Shown: in pieces, positions 8,386 to 18,631 of the stretch
How positions within the stretch are numbered: the stretch's first letter is position 1
Layout: the number at the start of each line of letters is the position of its first letter
NCBI GenBank assembly: GCA_963666485.2
Contig: CAXXUO010000010.1
Span: forward strand, 67,155-131,154
DNA length: 64,000 nucleotides
Origin: Syntrophorhabdaceae bacterium
GTDB taxonomy: Bacteria; Desulfobacterota; Syntrophorhabdia; Syntrophorhabdales; Syntrophorhabdaceae
Direction: 5' to 3'
The notes under the pieces: model-generated
Told to the model about the DNA's origin: nothing
What the model saw: the letters and a program-made list of their open reading frames with translations, nothing else
Database searches by the model: none
Translations under genes and position numbers: made by a program

Positions 8386-9138
8386 ATGGATCTAGGACAT
8401 ATTTTTTCGAATATGATGAGTGTTTCATTTTTGTTTGCTTTGCTCAACATTATTTTTATCAATATCATTCTTTCCGGCGACAACGCGGTGGTTATCGCGA
8501 TGGCCGTCCGGTCGCTTCCGGATAAGCAGAGGCAGCAGGGGATCATCTGGGGGACCGCGGGAGCCGTGATATTGAGGATCGGCCTCACATTCGTGGCAGC
8601 CAAGCTCCTGGAAGTCCCTTTTGTAAAGCTTGCCGGCGGTGTCCTCATCCTCTGGATCGCAATAAAGCTTCTCCTGGGTGACAATGACGAAGGGCACGAA
8701 AAACAGGTCAACGGGCTTATGCAGGCGATCGGGACGATCCTGATGGCGGACCTGGTTATGAGCCTCGACAACGTCCTCGGCGTGGCGGGCGCATCGAACG
8801 GCAATATGCTCCTGCTTCTCATCGGGCTTGCGACAAGCATACCGATCGTCGTGTTCGCCAGCAAGCTGATAACGAAGCTCATGGACAGGTTCCCGATAAT
8901 CGTTGTGATCGGCGCGATGATACTGGGCAGGGTGGCCGGCGAGATGATCATCAGCGATCCTTATATGACCAGGATATTTCATAATCCGGGCCACATGGTG
9001 GCATACGCTGTCCAGGCGGCCCTGGCAGTGGCGGTTGTCGGAGCAGCCAAACTCTGGACCAGGTACCGGGCACCGCAGGCTGTACCCGCACCGGCCGCCG
9101 GGAATCCTTTCGCGGTCGAAGGCTGGGATATACTCTAA
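8386..9138 (+). CDS. TerC/YjbE family membrane protein
   Basis: LSGDNAVVIA and DLVMSLDNV motifs; multiple TM segments; GAGGAGG RBS. Confidence 0.92.
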   Translation: MDLGHIFSNMMSVSFLFALLNIIFINIILSGDNAVVIAMAVRSLPDKQRQQGIIWGTAGAVILRIGLTFVAAKLLEVPFVKLAGGVLILWIAIKLLLGDNDEGHEKQVNGLMQAIGTILMADLVMSLDNVLGVAGASNGNMLLLLIGLATSIPIVVFASKLITKLMDRFPIIVVIGAMILGRVAGEMIISDPYMTRIFHNPGHMVAYAVQAALAVAVVGAAKLWTRYRAPQAVPAPAAGNPFAVEGWDIL

Positions 9139-9158
9139 CACCCGTCAATCCGAAGATA

Positions 9159-9186
9159 AAAAGGGGCCCTTTGCGGGGCCCCTTTT
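9159..9186 (+). terminator. intrinsic terminator
   Basis: AAAAGGGGCCC-loop-GGGCCCCTTTT. Confidence 0.8.
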
Positions 9187-9270
9187 CTGTTTGAATCTTC
9201 GTCAAGCATGTGGTATGTGATTACCACACGTTCCAACAATTAAATACCCAAGATTCCAGGAGGAGACAGT

Positions 9271-9546
9271 ATGAAGAAAGTTTTCACCGTTATGGTTGTG
9301 TTGTTTGCCGTGATCGCCTTTGCATGCGTGTCATTTGCTGCCGAGGACGGGGCCAGGGTCAAAGTTGATACTCCCGCTGCCCCGGTCAAAAAGGATGACA
9401 AGGGCAAGGTAAAGGCAACACCGAAGGGAAAAGTCGACAAGACAAAAACGACCGAGCAGAAATCAGAGGAAAAGAAGGATCCGAAAGATGCAAACAAGGG
9501 CAAGAAAGTAGAGAAAAAGGAAGAACCGAAAAAGGGTGACAAGTAA
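9271..9546 (+). CDS. small secreted Lys-rich protein
   Basis: AGGAGG RBS, signal peptide ending SFA, K/D/E-rich tail. Confidence 0.8.
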   Translation: MKKVFTVMVVLFAVIAFACVSFAAEDGARVKVDTPAAPVKKDDKGKVKATPKGKVDKTKTTEQKSEEKKDPKDANKGKKVEKKEEPKKGDK

Positions 9547-9572
9547 TTAGGGACCTTTATTGAAATCGCCTG

Positions 9573-9610
9573 GCGGGCCGGACGGGATATCCCGGAAGGC
9601 CCGCTTTTTT
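9573..9610 (+). terminator. intrinsic terminator
   Basis: GCGGGCC...GGCCCGC followed by T-run. Confidence 0.7.
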
Positions 9611-9698
9611 ATGTGATTTCCGATGAATATTTTACCGGTTGTAATTGTCAAAGACATAATTGTATGATGTCAGCATCACGATCAAGAAGGAGGCTTGC

Positions 9699-10700
9699 AT
9701 GAAAACCGCGCTGAGGACCTTTCTCGTCTTTTCTATCGCCATCGTCTATGGCCTCACCGCGTACGGCCAGGGAAAGGACGTGGCCGGGTCGAAGGACAAC
9801 CCTCTCATTTCCCGCTACAAGGGGTCGTACATAATCGGATATGAGCAAAGGTCATTTGACGAGTTCAAGCTTCCCCTCGGAAAACAGGTAAAATCGCATA
9901 TGGAAGCCGAACCGCTGGCAAAAACCCAGCGGGTGGAAGGTAAATTCACGCGCATCCTTTACGTCGTGCCCGAACAACGTTCCTCTCTCGAGGTCTTCCG
10001 TAATTATGAAACAGCCCTCGCGGGGGCCGGCTTCCAGACCCTGTTCAACTGCAGCCTGCAGGAATGCGGCCTAAACTATCACCAGGTCCTGTACCCTATG
10101 GGCAAGAAGATGGCGAACCGGGGCCAGATGGGGGAATATGCCTTTTCCCAGCCGAAGGACCAGCGATATCTGTCAGCCAAACTGGCACGGCCTGAGGGCG
10201 ACGTCTATGTTTCCCTCTACACGGCGATCGAAACGTTCGATCATTTCAAGGAAACCGCCAACCGGCCGCTCGTTCTGCTTCAGATCGTGGAAACAAAGGG
10301 AATGGACAAGGCAATGGTAACGGTCGACGCGGCGGCGATGGGGGGCGACATAGAGAAGACAGGGCATGTCGCCATCTACGGCATTTACTTTGACACCGAC
10401 AAGGCTGACATAAAGCCTGCCTCCGAGCCGACGTTGAAAGAGATGGCAAAGCTCCTCGGCCAGAAGCCCAAACTGAAGGTCTTTATCGTCGGGCACACCG
10501 ATAATGCCGGAACTTTTGCCCACAACCAGACACTGTCCCAGAAGCGCGCCGAGGCGGTGGTCAAGGAGCTGACGACAAAATATAGTGTGGCCCAATCAAG
10601 GCTCGTCGCAAAGGGTGTGGCGTCCCTGGCGCCGGTTGCCTCGAATGGCTCCGAAGCCGGCCGGGCCAAGAACCGCAGGGTGGAGATGGTCGAACAATAG
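9699..10700 (+). CDS. OmpA-family protein with DUF4892-like N-terminal domain
   Basis: signal peptide, DNPLISRYKGS, C-terminal IYFDTD/GHTD/LSQKRA/NRRVE. Confidence 0.9.
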   Translation: MKTALRTFLVFSIAIVYGLTAYGQGKDVAGSKDNPLISRYKGSYIIGYEQRSFDEFKLPLGKQVKSHMEAEPLAKTQRVEGKFTRILYVVPEQRSSLEVFRNYETALAGAGFQTLFNCSLQECGLNYHQVLYPMGKKMANRGQMGEYAFSQPKDQRYLSAKLARPEGDVYVSLYTAIETFDHFKETANRPLVLLQIVETKGMDKAMVTVDAAAMGGDIEKTGHVAIYGIYFDTDKADIKPASEPTLKEMAKLLGQKPKLKVFIVGHTDNAGTFAHNQTLSQKRAEAVVKELTTKYSVAQSRLVAKGVASLAPVASNGSEAGRAKNRRVEMVEQ

Positions 10701-10714
10701 CCCGATCATAGACG

Positions 10715-11404
10715 CTATTTTAAGGGGCGTACCCCGATAAGCTTTCTGCCCTCGAACGAACCTTTGCTGTCAAAGAAGAACCCTACGCGGGCCTCTCCGA
10801 TATCTTCGCAGGCGCGGCACCCGGTCGTCAGCCGGTATAAGGCAGTGAACTGAAGCTTCCCTCCTTTGATGCGCAGTGCCCGGATCGAACCGGGCCTGCG
10901 GTCCCCGATAAAAAGCCCGATGTCCGGGTATTTCTTTTTCAGAGCCATATATCCGGGATCTTTTTCGAGCATCGCGCCCGTTATCGGAGACAGGTCGTCG
11001 ATATTGATAAGGGCCGGCTTTCCATTGACGAGATAGACGCCGCTATTTTCGTTCGCCCTGAAGGGGAGATCGGCAAAAGCGATATCGACCGGGCCTACCT
11101 TCTTGAATTTCGTCATGAAACCGGGCTCGTCAATGAGCCTGGCAAAATCAACCGCAGCAGCCGGCGCACCCGCCTTCCCGAGCATCTTGAGAAAACAGGC
11201 ATCGAACGGATCAGGGCCACTGCCGCATTTCGTCCGTACCTCGTCGAGCAAGGCCGGGGTTGGCGCGTAAATCGCGGCTGCCGTGATCGGTTCGGCCCCA
11301 TAAAGCCCGGAAGACCATGGGAGGATAGGCAAAACAAAAAAGAGCAGGGACAATAGGCATATAACGTTCCGGCCTTTTACGCGACCTCGATATGCGTTGA
11401 ACAT
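10715..11404 (-). CDS. hypothetical exported protein
   Basis: 229-aa ORF with hydrophobic N-terminus and CRAC motif. Confidence 0.65.
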   Translation of the reverse strand: MFNAYRGRVKGRNVICLLSLLFFVLPILPWSSGLYGAEPITAAAIYAPTPALLDEVRTKCGSGPDPFDACFLKMLGKAGAPAAAVDFARLIDEPGFMTKFKKVGPVDIAFADLPFRANENSGVYLVNGKPALINIDDLSPITGAMLEKDPGYMALKKKYPDIGLFIGDRRPGSIRALRIKGGKLQFTALYRLTTGCRACEDIGEARVGFFFDSKGSFEGRKLIGVRPLK

Positions 11405-11605
11405 TGCAACCCCCGTGAGTATAAAATGTGATGAAAATTTTATATATCATTTCGGGAATGCCGTCTATCAAATAAGTCCTTTCCCCGGGCCGGTCATTTT
11501 CTCTCTTTCTCCATACTCCAAACATTTCTCCTCAGGCTCATACCGGCACATCGCATAAAATTGGTGTTGCCATAACCCGTTGTCTGTGTTATATAAAAAT
11601 CCCGT

Positions 11606-11682
11606 GGGCCGTTAGCTCAGTCCGGTAGAGCAGTTGACTCTTAATCAATTGGTCCAAGGTTCGAATCCTTGACGGCCCACCA
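11606..11682 (+). tRNA. tRNA-Lys (anticodon CTT)
   Basis: GGGCCGT acceptor stem, TAGCTCAG D-arm, CTCTTAA anticodon loop, GGTTCGAATCC T-arm, encoded CCA; upstream TTGCCA-N17-TATATA. Confidence 0.97.
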
Positions 11683-11697
11683 AACATAACAATAAAT

Positions 11698-11727
11698 TAG
11701 GCCATCTGCTTGATGGCCTGTTTTTTG
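11698..11727 (+). terminator. intrinsic terminator after tRNA
   Basis: AGGCCATC-loop-GATGGCCT then T-run. Confidence 0.75.
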
Positions 11728-11827
11728 ATGTGTCCGTACCTGCCCGGTATGTTTTCCTAACCCTCGCTTGCTTCCTTTCATGCTCCTCTGTGGACATGAA
11801 TTTTAAATGCCAAATTGCCCGTGGTCC

Positions 11828-12238
11828 TCAAATAAATATTACCTTCTTTCGATAAATCTTTATTATTGCCCTGATCAGTTCGGTATCGTCCAGGCCTGCT
11901 TTCTGAAGAGAAAAGAGAAGTTCCACCCCTTTTTTGGCAAGCTTAACAATTTGCTGAAACTCGCCATCGCGTCCGGCCTCATAATACTCACGCTTAAACT
12001 CTACTATTTTTGATAAAGACCGGCTAAATCTTTGACCTTCTTTTCTTCTTTGTTCCTGGCAGATGTCACAAAAACAATCACCGTGTCTTTGGGCCATCCC
12101 GAACAACTTGTTGATCCTGTCATAAGGGAATTCTTCTCTAGGCACCAGGACCCTTAACGCTTTTACGATATTAATAAAATCCGTTACTTTTTTCCTGTTG
12201 GCATCTTCTCCTGAAATAATTCGCTCTGACTCTGCCAT
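11828..12238 (-). CDS. hypothetical protein, AT-rich, HGDCFCDIC motif
   Basis: 136-aa ORF with GAGGTGG RBS. Confidence 0.65.
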   Translation of the reverse strand: MAESERIISGEDANRKKVTDFINIVKALRVLVPREEFPYDRINKLFGMAQRHGDCFCDICQEQRRKEGQRFSRSLSKIVEFKREYYEAGRDGEFQQIVKLAKKGVELLFSLQKAGLDDTELIRAIIKIYRKKVIFI

Positions 12239-12685
12239 AATCCACCTCTTGTTCGGTGATAATTTTACGATTGTTAGCCCTGTGCACGTTTGTTATTAAC
12301 CCGGCGCAACAGCCAGAGGACACCGATTACGCTTCCCCGAACTGAGAAGAGTCTTTTTTAAGTGTTCCTCAAGAAAACTTTTCATTGATACTATACTTTG
12401 CCGTTGATGTAAAGGGGCCTTAGCCTCACCATAGATGGTGACACACTCGCTGCTTACATGCAAAGGGTTAATATGGGGTCCGGGTTTTGTACGTTGGCGC
12501 CCGGGTGCTGGGAGATGATGACACAGAAATTACTATTCAATTGGACTTTGGTCTTAAATCGGCGATAATTACAGGACAGGATTAATTTCCACGGTTGGTG
12601 AAGCTTCATCTGGACCATGCGCGACGGCACATTGTATATGGCCAATAAGGTGAACCTGTTTGAGAAATGACGGGGAGAAATAACT

Positions 12686-13156
12686 ATGACATTTTTAAAA
12701 AAGGGTGATCTGACCCCCGGGTTCGCGCTGGCGGACCAGTTCGGGAACACCGTACAATTGAAAGACTTCAGGGGCAAAAAGGTCCTGATCTATTTCTTCC
12801 CCAAGGCGGGGACCTCAGGGTGAACGAAGCAGACCGAGGCCGTGCGGGACGCACTGGCAAGGCTCAACTCTCTCGGGACACAGGCGTTGGGGATAAGCCC
12901 CGACCCCGTGGCCGCGCAAAAGAAGTTCAGCGATAAGGTCAACGTTAATTTCCCGCTGCTCTCCGATGCCGATCATTCGGCGGCGGAGGCGTACGGGGTG
13001 TGGGGCGAAAAGACCCTCTACGGTAAAAAATACATGGGCATCAAACGTTCTTCTTTCCTGATAGGGGAAGACGGCCGGGTTATAGCGGCCTGGTACAAGG
13101 TGAGCCCGGACGATACCGTGGCAAAGGCATTGGAAGCGCTGGGGTCAGAACCTTAA
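12686..13156 (+). CDS. bcp: selenocysteine-containing BCP/PrxQ peroxiredoxin
   Basis: MTFLKKGD...LIYFFPKAGTSG[TGA]TKQ; TGA 12821-12823 at the peroxidatic Cys of PxxxTxxC; frame continues to 13156; GGGGAG RBS. Confidence 0.88.
12839..12858 (+). promoter_or_regulatory. putative bacterial SECIS hairpin
   Basis: GCC-GTGCG-GGA-CGCAC-T-GGC just 3' of the in-frame UGA; loop starts with G. Confidence 0.6.
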
Positions 13157-13162
13157 ATCACT

Positions 13163-13615
13163 TCACCGGCCTGCAAACGTTGCCGACCAGGTCCCGGTCC
13201 TTATGACCGTGACCTTTTTGGTCCGAAAATCCTTTTCCGAATCGGTCCATGTACCGCGCGTCAGGCTTTTGCCGTCAAGCGAAAGGATGGCGGTGTACGA
13301 TGCCGTGTCCGTCGTGCTAAAAGAGACCTCCCGTGTCTTGGGATTCCATGTACACGGTGTCTCTATACCTTTCCCTGCATTTGCGGACTGCATTTCAAGG
13401 TTGCACATCGCGTAGAACCTGGCTGCGTCGAAATGGTTCGTGTCCAGCTTATCGATAACAAGGGTGCCTGTCCATGCGACCCCCTTGTTGTCTTTGCCGG
13501 TGAATGTCCATTTGCCGAAAGAAGGGCCGGCGTTATCGGCCGGGCCGGCGTGGGTAAGGCAGGCGATGGCGCAAACGATCGCTATGGTAAGGATTGTCCA
13601 TACAATGCGTTTCAT
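13163..13615 (-). CDS. hypothetical secreted protein
   Basis: signal peptide; GGAG RBS; beta-rich sequence. Confidence 0.75.
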   Translation of the reverse strand: MKRIVWTILTIAIVCAIACLTHAGPADNAGPSFGKWTFTGKDNKGVAWTGTLVIDKLDTNHFDAARFYAMCNLEMQSANAGKGIETPCTWNPKTREVSFSTTDTASYTAILSLDGKSLTRGTWTDSEKDFRTKKVTVIRTGTWSATFAGR

Positions 13616-13734
13616 AAATCAGGTCTCCCTTTTTCATAAAATTCATGCAGAAGAAGATCCGGGATATTATGAATGTCCCGTAAGAAACTATATTTACATG
13701 TGCGGGCGGCTATGGCAATAAAAACCTGCCGCTC

Positions 13735-15819
13735 TTATTGGGCCGTGCCGAAATAGTCGTCCTCGATGTTCAGGACATTTCTCGTTACCTTCTGCACCTG
13801 CGATGTTGCCCAGAAGGCTTCTTTGAGCAACTGCTTCTGCTTGTTGGTCAGCACGGCCGGGTTGAGATGATTGCCAAAATCTTTTCCTTCGTCAATATCG
13901 CTCAGGTTGTTCTTTATCTTCAATGTCAGCAAGGTCTCGAACGCCTGTTCAAAGCTTTCCGCCTGCTCCTGAGTGAACGCCCCGCTCCGCTGCAAAGCTT
14001 TCAAGCGCTCCAGCGTGTTTGTCTCTTCCGCACGGTGGTGGAAAGCGAGGATCTTCAGACACGTAGTCAGAGGGAGAAGGCCGTAATTCTTCAGGTTGAC
14101 CGTGTTCTTATATTTCCCGTTCTTCTCGACGATGAAATTCTTGAAAAAACCGAGCGGAATCGGTACAGAAATGATCGTCTCTGCAAGGTTTCTCAGAAAG
14201 TTGCGGTTTTTCGTGATGCATTTCAGGACATGGGACCTCAGTTCCTTCTCCAGCGATTCATTTCCATAAACGGTCCTGAAATCGAGAAAGACGTATATAT
14301 CGACAAGGTCGCTGCCGGAGGGGTCTTTCGAGGCTACCCACGCCTCGACCCTTTTTCGCCAATCCTGGAGGCTCCCGAAATATTTTTTGTTCGTCGCCAT
14401 GATGTTGCCCTTGCACAGGGGAAACCCGCACTGGTTGAGGCCGTTGACGACCTCTTCCGCAAAACGCCTGAAATAATCCTCTTCCTTTGGCCCCCCGTTA
14501 CCTGAAAATATTATCCCGTTGTCCTGGTCGGTGAGCAGGGTCTGTTCCTTTCTGCCTTCACTGCCAAGGCCGAGCCACGCGTAGGGAGCAGGCGGTTTCC
14601 CGAGTTTTTTCTCGACGAGCGTTATCGCCCTGCAGCTTATCCTGTCGTTCAGCTCGCTCACGATTTTGCAGGCGTTCGACGCCAGCGCGCCGTCGTCCAT
14701 GAGCGCTCTGAGCACTTTTTCAACCTCGCGCCTCGCTTTGTCGAGGGTGGCAAGGTCAGGGGCCTCCTCGATGTTCCGGATGAGGGCGAGGACCTCCCGG
14801 CCCCTGAACCTCAGGAGGTCGAAGCCTGTTATAAGCCCCTTCGTCCTGCCTTTGTCCGTCACCACGAGTCTGCCGGTCCTGTGCTTCACCATTGCGTGCA
14901 GCGCATCGAAAAAGTAACCGTCTGCACCGACGCTGAAAAAATCCTTTTGCATGATGGACCCGACCGGGTCCGAAGGGTCCTTTTCGTTTTCCAAAAGTGC
15001 CCGGACAATCTCACGCGTACCGACGAGGCCCTGTGTCGCAAAGTTTTCGTCCACGACGAGAACCGCGTATGCTTTCTGTTTCAGGAGTTCCCCGGCTGCC
15101 TCCCGTATCGTTGTTTGCTCTTTGCAAAAGACCTGGCGGGGCACGGCTATGAAGTCCTTTACCTGCTTGCGGTACAGAAAGGGCTCCACCTGGGCTATCC
15201 CGGGGGTCTTCGTGAGAAGTTCCTTGTACACCGTTTTCATCCTGCGCGTCAGCAACTGGCTGAAGAAGCTGTAGAACAGGGGATATTTTTTCATCATGTC
15301 AAGGAACAGGCTCCTCGCCTGGACAAGGCAGAGGGTGAATTCGACGGCATCGACATTCGAGGTGGTCGGCACATCCGTCAGCAGCGACATTTCGCCGAAG
15401 CAGTCTCCTTCGCCCAGGAAACCAAGGACCGTCTCCCTGCCCTCCTGGTCGAGATGGACCTTTACCAGGCCGCTCTTTATAAGGTAAAACTTGAGTCCCC
15501 CCTCGCCCTGCTCGATGATCGTGTTGCCGGGAGAGAAGTGCTCCCAGTCCATGGTGGACGCGATCTCCCCGAGCTCTTCGACGGAAAGCGTGTTGAACGG
15601 CATTGTGTCCTTCAGGAACGCGACGATGTCTTCAAGACGCTCCGTCCTTAAATTGACCTGGAGGATAAGGGCGTCATGAACATTCGTTTCATCGACCGCC
15701 CCGATATCGATGAGGATCTCACCGATGGCCTGGTGCGATTCGGCCTGCCGCTCGAGCGCCCGGTCGATCGCCTCCTCGTTCACGTAGCCCTGCTTAAGAA
15801 GGACCTCGCCTATTCTCAT
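13735..15819 (-). CDS. MshEN-cNMP-CBS-DUF294 putative nucleotidyltransferase
   Basis: tandem MshEN-like motifs, cNMP domain (GDCFGEMSLL), CBS pair, GSEGRKEQTLLTDQDN, DUF294_C. Confidence 0.9.
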   Translation of the reverse strand: MRIGEVLLKQGYVNEEAIDRALERQAESHQAIGEILIDIGAVDETNVHDALILQVNLRTERLEDIVAFLKDTMPFNTLSVEELGEIASTMDWEHFSPGNTIIEQGEGGLKFYLIKSGLVKVHLDQEGRETVLGFLGEGDCFGEMSLLTDVPTTSNVDAVEFTLCLVQARSLFLDMMKKYPLFYSFFSQLLTRRMKTVYKELLTKTPGIAQVEPFLYRKQVKDFIAVPRQVFCKEQTTIREAAGELLKQKAYAVLVVDENFATQGLVGTREIVRALLENEKDPSDPVGSIMQKDFFSVGADGYFFDALHAMVKHRTGRLVVTDKGRTKGLITGFDLLRFRGREVLALIRNIEEAPDLATLDKARREVEKVLRALMDDGALASNACKIVSELNDRISCRAITLVEKKLGKPPAPYAWLGLGSEGRKEQTLLTDQDNGIIFSGNGGPKEEDYFRRFAEEVVNGLNQCGFPLCKGNIMATNKKYFGSLQDWRKRVEAWVASKDPSGSDLVDIYVFLDFRTVYGNESLEKELRSHVLKCITKNRNFLRNLAETIISVPIPLGFFKNFIVEKNGKYKNTVNLKNYGLLPLTTCLKILAFHHRAEETNTLERLKALQRSGAFTQEQAESFEQAFETLLTLKIKNNLSDIDEGKDFGNHLNPAVLTNKQKQLLKEAFWATSQVQKVTRNVLNIEDDYFGTAQ

Positions 15820-16117
15820 GGTTTACCCTCCATGTCCGGCGTTGATGGACGCGCTGAGGTGTGAGGCCCGCGCGAACCCGCTGATGCTTTTTCTGTTGTA
15901 CAATTTATGCGATCGGGATTGGACAACCCCGCCCTTTTTATTTGATGCAGTGTATTTAGTTGATGATATCAAATTTCAATAAAAAAGTATTGCCAGATTA
16001 TTGGGGGTAAAATGTAGTAAAAAACACTACAATTGAGGATTATTTCTGTGCTTGATTGTCAGTGAAATATGCGTTAAAAAATTTCATTTCACGGCGATAA
16101 CATAAAAAGGGCATGTG

Positions 16118-18631
16118 ATGGAAGGCAAGACGCTCCTACTCGTCGAAGACGAAGCACTTATAGCGATAGCACAAAAGAAAACGCTGGAGAAGTACGGATA
16201 CAGGGTTGTCACCGCCACGTCCGGACAGAAAGCGATTGAAAAGATGCGTACCGGTCCGGGGATTGACCTCATACTCATGGATATCAATCTCGGTAAAGGG
16301 AAAATGGACGGCACGGAAACGGCGGAGATCATCCTGAAGGAAAAGGACGTACCCGTTATTTTTCTTTCCAGCTATACCCAGCAGGACATTGTTGAAAAAA
16401 CCGAAAAGATAACCTCGTACGGTTACGTCGTTAAAGATTCCGGTGAGACCGTCCTTAACGCCTCGATCAAGATGGCCTTTAAGCTATACGAAGCGCGCAG
16501 GGACCTCCAGGAGCAGAAAGAGGTCCTGAAAAGGGGGCAGGACGAATATTTCAATATCCTGAATGTCTCCCCTGTGCCCCTGGCCCTGTTTGATGAAAAT
16601 AATCTTGTGAGCTACCTTAATCCGGCCTTTGTCAGGGTTTTTGGGTATACACGGGACGATCTTCCAACCGTTGATGAATGGTGGCCCCTGGCATACCCGG
16701 ACCCTGATTATCGTGAAGCCGTCATTGCCGGGTGGCGGGAAAATTTGAGTATAATGAAAACCGGCAACGCCCTGTTCAAACCCATGGAGGTGAACATCCG
16801 GTGCAAGGACGGGACCGGGCGTACGGTAGTTGTCGAAGCCGCATCTCTTACGGCAATGCCCGAAACGTTAGTCGCGATCTTTTATGACATTACCGAGCTC
16901 AAAAACACAAAAATACAGTTGGAGGAAGAATTGACGCGAAGGCGCGTTATCTTCGAACAGGCGCCTTATGGCGTAGTGATCATCGACCCGGAGACGGCCG
17001 CCTTTCCGGAATTCAATACAATGGTCCATGCGCAGCTGGGTTATACCCGGGAAGAATTTGCCCGCATGAGGATATTTGATATTGATGCCGTGGAAAGCCC
17101 GGAAGTGACGAGGCAGCGCATCGCGGGAGTCATGGCGACCGGGCAAGGTGATTTCGAGACCGTCCAGCGCACAAAGTCCGGGGAGCTTCGGAACATCCAT
17201 GTGACCGCCCGGACCGTAAATGCGGGGAGTCAACCCTTGTACTATTGTATATGGAGGGACATTACCGAAGACAAGAAGAGGGAGGCGGCCCTCAGAGAAA
17301 GCGAATCCCGGGCGAAAGCCATGCTCGACGCCATTCCCGACATAATGTTCCGCATGGACAGCAGGGGAGTTGTCCTTGATTACAAGGCCGAGGAAAAAGA
17401 TCTTCACACCGGGAGCACACCCATAACCGGCAGGCGCATCCGCGACATCACGCCTTCTGAATTTGCCGATCTGATCGAACGTGAGATCGGGCTCGTGTTG
17501 GGTTCAGGATCACCCAGGACCTTTGAATACCAGCTTTCCATCCCGGACAGCGGTGTGCGGGATTACGAGGCGCGGATGGCCCCGAGCGGTGTTCAAGAGG
17601 TCATAGCGATCGTCCGCGACATTACGGAACGCAAGAAGATCGAGGAGGCGTTACAGGCGAGCAGAACATTTTACGAATCCATGAACGAACTCGCCGTGCT
17701 TCATGAGGTTGTCCGCGACGAAACGGGCAACGCGGCAAATTACCGGATTCTCGACTGCAACCGGGCTTTCACCGATATCACGGGCATACCGCGCGAAGAG
17801 GTCCTGGGAAAGCTCGCGACGGACGTCTACGGAACGAAGGAAGCACCTTATCTCGACATATATTCACGGGTGGCATCGACGGGGGAGCCTGCCCGGTTGG
17901 ATGAATATTTCGCACCGATGGATAAACATTTCAGCATTTCTGTGTCATGCCCGAAAAAAGGCCATTTTGTGACAGTTGCGACCGACATTACTGAACACAG
18001 GCGGGCCGAGGACCAGGTCAGGGCCCTTCTTTCCGAGAAAGAGCTTTTGCTCCAGGAAGTTCATCACAGGGTTAAGAACAATATGGTCACGGTCATGGGG
18101 CTGCTTTCTCTCCAATCCGAGACGGTAAAGGACCCTCTCGCAGTATCGGCCTTCGAAAATACGAGGGACCGCATCCGGAGCATGGCGATCCTGTATGAGA
18201 AACTCTACCGGTCCAGCGACTTCAGGAACGTATCGGCGAGGACCTATCTCCCCGCCCTTATCAGTGCCATCGCGGACAACTTTCCCAACCGCAGGGACGT
18301 GACCATCGAGGCCCGAATAGAAGACAGGGCGTTTGACAGCAAAATCCTTTCCCCGGTCGGCATAATCATCAACGAACTCATCACGAATGCCATGAAATAT
18401 GCATTCACGGACGGGCAGAAAGGAAAGATAACGGTCTCTTTTTCAACCCGTGACAGCGACGTGCTGCTCACCGTCGAGGACAACGGGACGGGCCTCCCGG
18501 AGGCTTTCGAGATGGACGATCCCAAGGGGTTTGGCATGCGCCTCGTCACGATCCTCACCGAACAACTCGATGGATCGCTCAGGTTCGAGCGCGGCAACGG
18601 GACACGGTTTGTCCTCGAGTTCAAAGTATGA
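16118..18631 (+). CDS. REC-multiPAS-HisKA_2 histidine kinase
   Basis: LLVEDE/LMDI receiver, PAS/PAC repeats, EVHHRVKNN, NELITNAMKYAF, DNGTG. Confidence 0.93.
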   Translation: MEGKTLLLVEDEALIAIAQKKTLEKYGYRVVTATSGQKAIEKMRTGPGIDLILMDINLGKGKMDGTETAEIILKEKDVPVIFLSSYTQQDIVEKTEKITSYGYVVKDSGETVLNASIKMAFKLYEARRDLQEQKEVLKRGQDEYFNILNVSPVPLALFDENNLVSYLNPAFVRVFGYTRDDLPTVDEWWPLAYPDPDYREAVIAGWRENLSIMKTGNALFKPMEVNIRCKDGTGRTVVVEAASLTAMPETLVAIFYDITELKNTKIQLEEELTRRRVIFEQAPYGVVIIDPETAAFPEFNTMVHAQLGYTREEFARMRIFDIDAVESPEVTRQRIAGVMATGQGDFETVQRTKSGELRNIHVTARTVNAGSQPLYYCIWRDITEDKKREAALRESESRAKAMLDAIPDIMFRMDSRGVVLDYKAEEKDLHTGSTPITGRRIRDITPSEFADLIEREIGLVLGSGSPRTFEYQLSIPDSGVRDYEARMAPSGVQEVIAIVRDITERKKIEEALQASRTFYESMNELAVLHEVVRDETGNAANYRILDCNRAFTDITGIPREEVLGKLATDVYGTKEAPYLDIYSRVASTGEPARLDEYFAPMDKHFSISVSCPKKGHFVTVATDITEHRRAEDQVRALLSEKELLLQEVHHRVKNNMVTVMGLLSLQSETVKDPLAVSAFENTRDRIRSMAILYEKLYRSSDFRNVSARTYLPALISAIADNFPNRRDVTIEARIEDRAFDSKILSPVGIIINELITNAMKYAFTDGQKGKITVSFSTRDSDVLLTVEDNGTGLPEAFEMDDPKGFGMRLVTILTEQLDGSLRFERGNGTRFVLEFKV

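Noticed and set aside
11606..12680. Intact tRNA-integrated prophage or island
   Set aside because: No integrase, phage genes or duplicated tRNA 3' end seen
12842..13156. 104-aa ORF as the complete gene, or a bcp pseudogene
   Set aside because: The stop falls precisely on the catalytic Cys and is followed by a hairpin; Sec readthrough is the better explanation
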